Assembly: GCA_903959855.1 (NCBI GenBank)
Contig: CAJBYR010000176.1
Location: forward strand, 11,472-75,471
Direction: 5' to 3'
DNA from: an uncultured beta proteobacterium
GTDB lineage: Bacteria > Pseudomonadota > Gammaproteobacteria > Burkholderiales > Rhodocyclaceae
DNA: 64,000 nt
Shown: in pieces, positions 62,187 through 64,000 of the stretch
Layout of the letters: each line of letters begins with the position of its first letter
How positions within the stretch are numbered: position 1 is the stretch's first letter
Notes under the pieces: generated by a model
Told to the model about the DNA's origin: nothing
What the model saw: the letters and a program-made list of their open reading frames with translations, nothing else
Databases searched by the model: none
Made by a program: the position numbers and the translations under genes

Positions 62187-62234
62187 GATGCGGGCTTGAA
62201 CAGTAAGGGGTCGGCATGATAACATCTACCGTTT

Positions 62235-62753
62235 ATGTCGCGCGAGCCTCGACCTGTGTCTGATTCCCTTGCTGGAACGGTCATCGACTCGCTGGAGTTC
62301 GCGCGCAGCGGGGCCACCCTGCAGCGTAGCATCGGTTTCGATGCCATGCCGCGCCTGGCGGACCTGCTGGTCTCGACGGATGGCAGCCTGAAATTGCGGG
62401 TGGATGGCCGGCGTGACGCACAAGGCAAGTCGTGGCTGTTGCTGGATATTGAAGGTACGCCGGAATTGCGCTGCCAGCGATGTCTGGGCGGCGTAAGGCA
62501 CGAAGTGAGAATCAAGAGCCGTTTGCAGTTGGTAGGGCCGGGGGAGGAGTGGCCGGACGAAGATCTGGCTGATGACAGTGCCGACGCCATAGATGCGGAA
62601 AGAGAATTGGCGGTGCTGTCCCTGGTGGAAGAAGAAGTGTTGCTGGCCTTGCCCATCGCCCCTCGTCACGAACACTGCGAGGCGCCATCGGCAAATGCAG
62701 CAGGGAATGGATCATCGCCGTTTGCGGCGCTGGCCGCTTTGAAGAAGGTTTGA
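62235..62753 (+). CDS. yceD: YceD (DUF177) ribosome-associated protein
   Basis: 172 aa with a CQRCL motif and an acidic C-terminal half. It lies immediately upstream of rpmF. Confidence 0.85.
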   Translation: MSREPRPVSDSLAGTVIDSLEFARSGATLQRSIGFDAMPRLADLLVSTDGSLKLRVDGRRDAQGKSWLLLDIEGTPELRCQRCLGGVRHEVRIKSRLQLVGPGEEWPDEDLADDSADAIDAERELAVLSLVEEEVLLALPIAPRHEHCEAPSANAAGNGSSPFAALAALKKV

Positions 62754-62767
62754 CAAGGAGTAGCGAA

Positions 62768-62947
62768 ATGGCAGTACAACAGAACAAGAAGTCCCCCTCC
62801 AAGCGCGGCATGCATCGTGCTCACGATTTTCTGACTGCGCCTCCGCTGGCCGTCGAACCGACCACGGGCGAAGTTCACCTGCGTCACCACATTTCTCCGT
62901 CCGGCGTCTATCGCGGCAAGAAGGTGGTCAAGGCCAAGGGCGAGTAA
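62768..62947 (+). CDS. rpmF: 50S ribosomal protein L32
   Basis: Begins [20 protein letters not shown] and is 59 aa. Start chosen at ATG 62768 within ORF 62750..62947. Confidence 0.95.
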   Translation: MAVQQNKKSPSKRGMHRAHDFLTAPPLAVEPTTGEVHLRHHISPSGVYRGKKVVKAKGE

Positions 62948-62963
62948 TCCAGTTCGTCGAAAC

Positions 62964-62997
62964 CGGCCGGATGCGTAACCCGCGTCCGGCCGTTTTT
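62964..62997 (+). terminator. rho-independent terminator/attenuator between rpmF and plsX
   Basis: CGGCCGGA (62964-62971), a 13-nt loop, TCCGGCCG (62985-62992), then TTTTT. Confidence 0.6.
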
Positions 62998-63024
62998 ACA
63001 TAGAGCTCCGGAACAGACTCCCAA

Positions 63025-64000
63025 ATGGCGATCACCCTCGCGGTGGATTGCATGGGCGGTGACCACGGTCCTTCGGTCACGCTGCCTGCCGTGCTCGATT
63101 TCCTGCGCCACGACGCCGATTGCACCGCCATCCTGGTGGGCCGCGAAGACGTTCTGCGGCCCCAGCTTGCCGGCCTTCAGGCCCAGGGCCTCACCGATCG
63201 CCTTTCCGTGCATCACGCCTCGGAAGTCGTCGGCATGGACGAAGCCGTGGCCAGCGCCATGCGCGGCAAGAAGGATTCCTCGATGCGGGTCGCCATCGAC
63301 CTGGTCAAGGAGGGCAAGGCCGGCGCTGCGGTTTCGGCCGGAAATACCGGCGCCCTGATGGCGATCTCCCGTTTTGTGCTGAAGACCCTGCCCGGTATCG
63401 ATCGTCCGGCAATCTGCTCCATCCTGCCCTCGCAGCGCGGCAGCACCTATGTGCTGGATCTCGGCGCCAATGTCGATTGCAGCCCGGAGCATTTGCTGCA
63501 ATTCGGCATCATGGGGTCGGCCCTGGTTTCGGCGCTGGAGCACAAGGAGCGTCCGACCGTCGGCCTGCTCAACATCGGCGAGGAAGACATCAAAGGCAAC
63601 GAGGTGGTCAAGCGCGCCGCCGAACTGCTGCGTGCCACCGACCTCAACTTCGTCGGCAACGTCGAGGGCAACGACATCTTCAAGGGCACGGCCGATGTCG
63701 TGGTCTGCGATGGATTCGTCGGCAATATCACGCTGAAGGCCTCCGAAGGCCTGGCGCACATGATCGGCGGCGCCCTGAAGCAGGAATTCAGTCGCAACCT
63801 TTTTACCAAACTTGCGGCGCTGGCTGCGATGCCCGTGCTCAAGGCCTTCCGCCAGCGCTTTGATCCGCGCCGCTACAACGGTGCCAGCCTGCTGGGCCTC
63901 AAGGGCATCGTGGTCAAGAGCCACGGCTCGGCCGACCAGTTCGCCTTCTGGCACGCGCTGGAAAAGGCGGCCGAGGAAGCTCGCCAGCGCCTGCCCGAAA
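63025..64000 (+). CDS. plsX: phosphate acyltransferase PlsX (3' end beyond the window)
   Basis: Open frame from ATG 63025 to the window edge, so it is not in the ORF track. Own translation [27 protein letters not shown]...GNTGALMA...GLLNIGEE...[13 protein letters not shown] is canonical PlsX. Confidence 0.93.
   Translation, partial: MAITLAVDCMGGDHGPSVTLPAVLDFLRHDADCTAILVGREDVLRPQLAGLQAQGLTDRLSVHHASEVVGMDEAVASAMRGKKDSSMRVAIDLVKEGKAGAAVSAGNTGALMAISRFVLKTLPGIDRPAICSILPSQRGSTYVLDLGANVDCSPEHLLQFGIMGSALVSALEHKERPTVGLLNIGEEDIKGNEVVKRAAELLRATDLNFVGNVEGNDIFKGTADVVVCDGFVGNITLKASEGLAHMIGGALKQEFSRNLFTKLAALAAMPVLKAFRQRFDPRRYNGASLLGLKGIVVKSHGSADQFAFWHALEKAAEEARQRLPE

Overview
High-GC chromosomal core segment of betaproteobacterial type (Rhodocyclales-like; inferred only from gene order and protein sequences). 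I call about 66 protein-coding genes. By eye I found no rRNA, tRNA, CRISPR array, transposase or integrase. Blocks: (i) 1-5.3 kb: two tandem acyl-CoA dehydrogenases, MFS transporter, nitronate monooxygenase, IclR regulator, small Cys-rich ORF. (ii) 5.7-24.2 kb: glnD-map, then the conserved rpsB-tsf-pyrH-frr-uppS-cdsA-dxr-rseP-bamA-skp-lpxD-fabZ-lpxA-lpxB-rnhB supercluster. (iii) 24-42 kb: TrmH-like methyltransferase, HU, tsaB-rimI-UDG, lplT, LysR, alr, radA, FtsX-type permease, hybrid histidine kinase, PlsB-like acyltransferase, NAD-isocitrate dehydrogenase, tex. (iv) 42-47.6 kb: parDE toxin-antitoxin, thioredoxin-TPR protein, purL. (v) 47.6-64 kb: Wzy_C/O-antigen-ligase-like gene next to a secreted Ala/Gln-rich repeat protein, ppiC-bolA-yciI(remnant)-yciB-msrB, dadA-like, DUF2863-like, DUF47-PiT-YkgJ-EamA-azlCD, selD, TP-methylase, maf-yceD-rpmF-plsX. 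Most of the window is ordinary housekeeping DNA. Items worth a second look, in order: (1) a minimal stand-alone class III nucleotidyl-cyclase-like gene wedged between map and rpsB with no partner gene; (2) the Wzy_C-family gene beside a signal-peptide-bearing Ala/Ser/Pro/Gln low-complexity protein, a possible O-glycosylation enzyme/substrate pair; (3) a 52-codon in-frame remnant of yciI in an otherwise intact bolA-yciI-yciB cluster; (4) a two-copy intergenic repeat with a GC hairpin; (5) a parDE cassette with its own promoter. I found no clear multi-gene novel system. The cyclase-like orphan is the best candidate, and it remains a hypothesis. Many long ORFs in the supplied track are antisense shadows of real genes, as expected in high-GC DNA, and were rejected.
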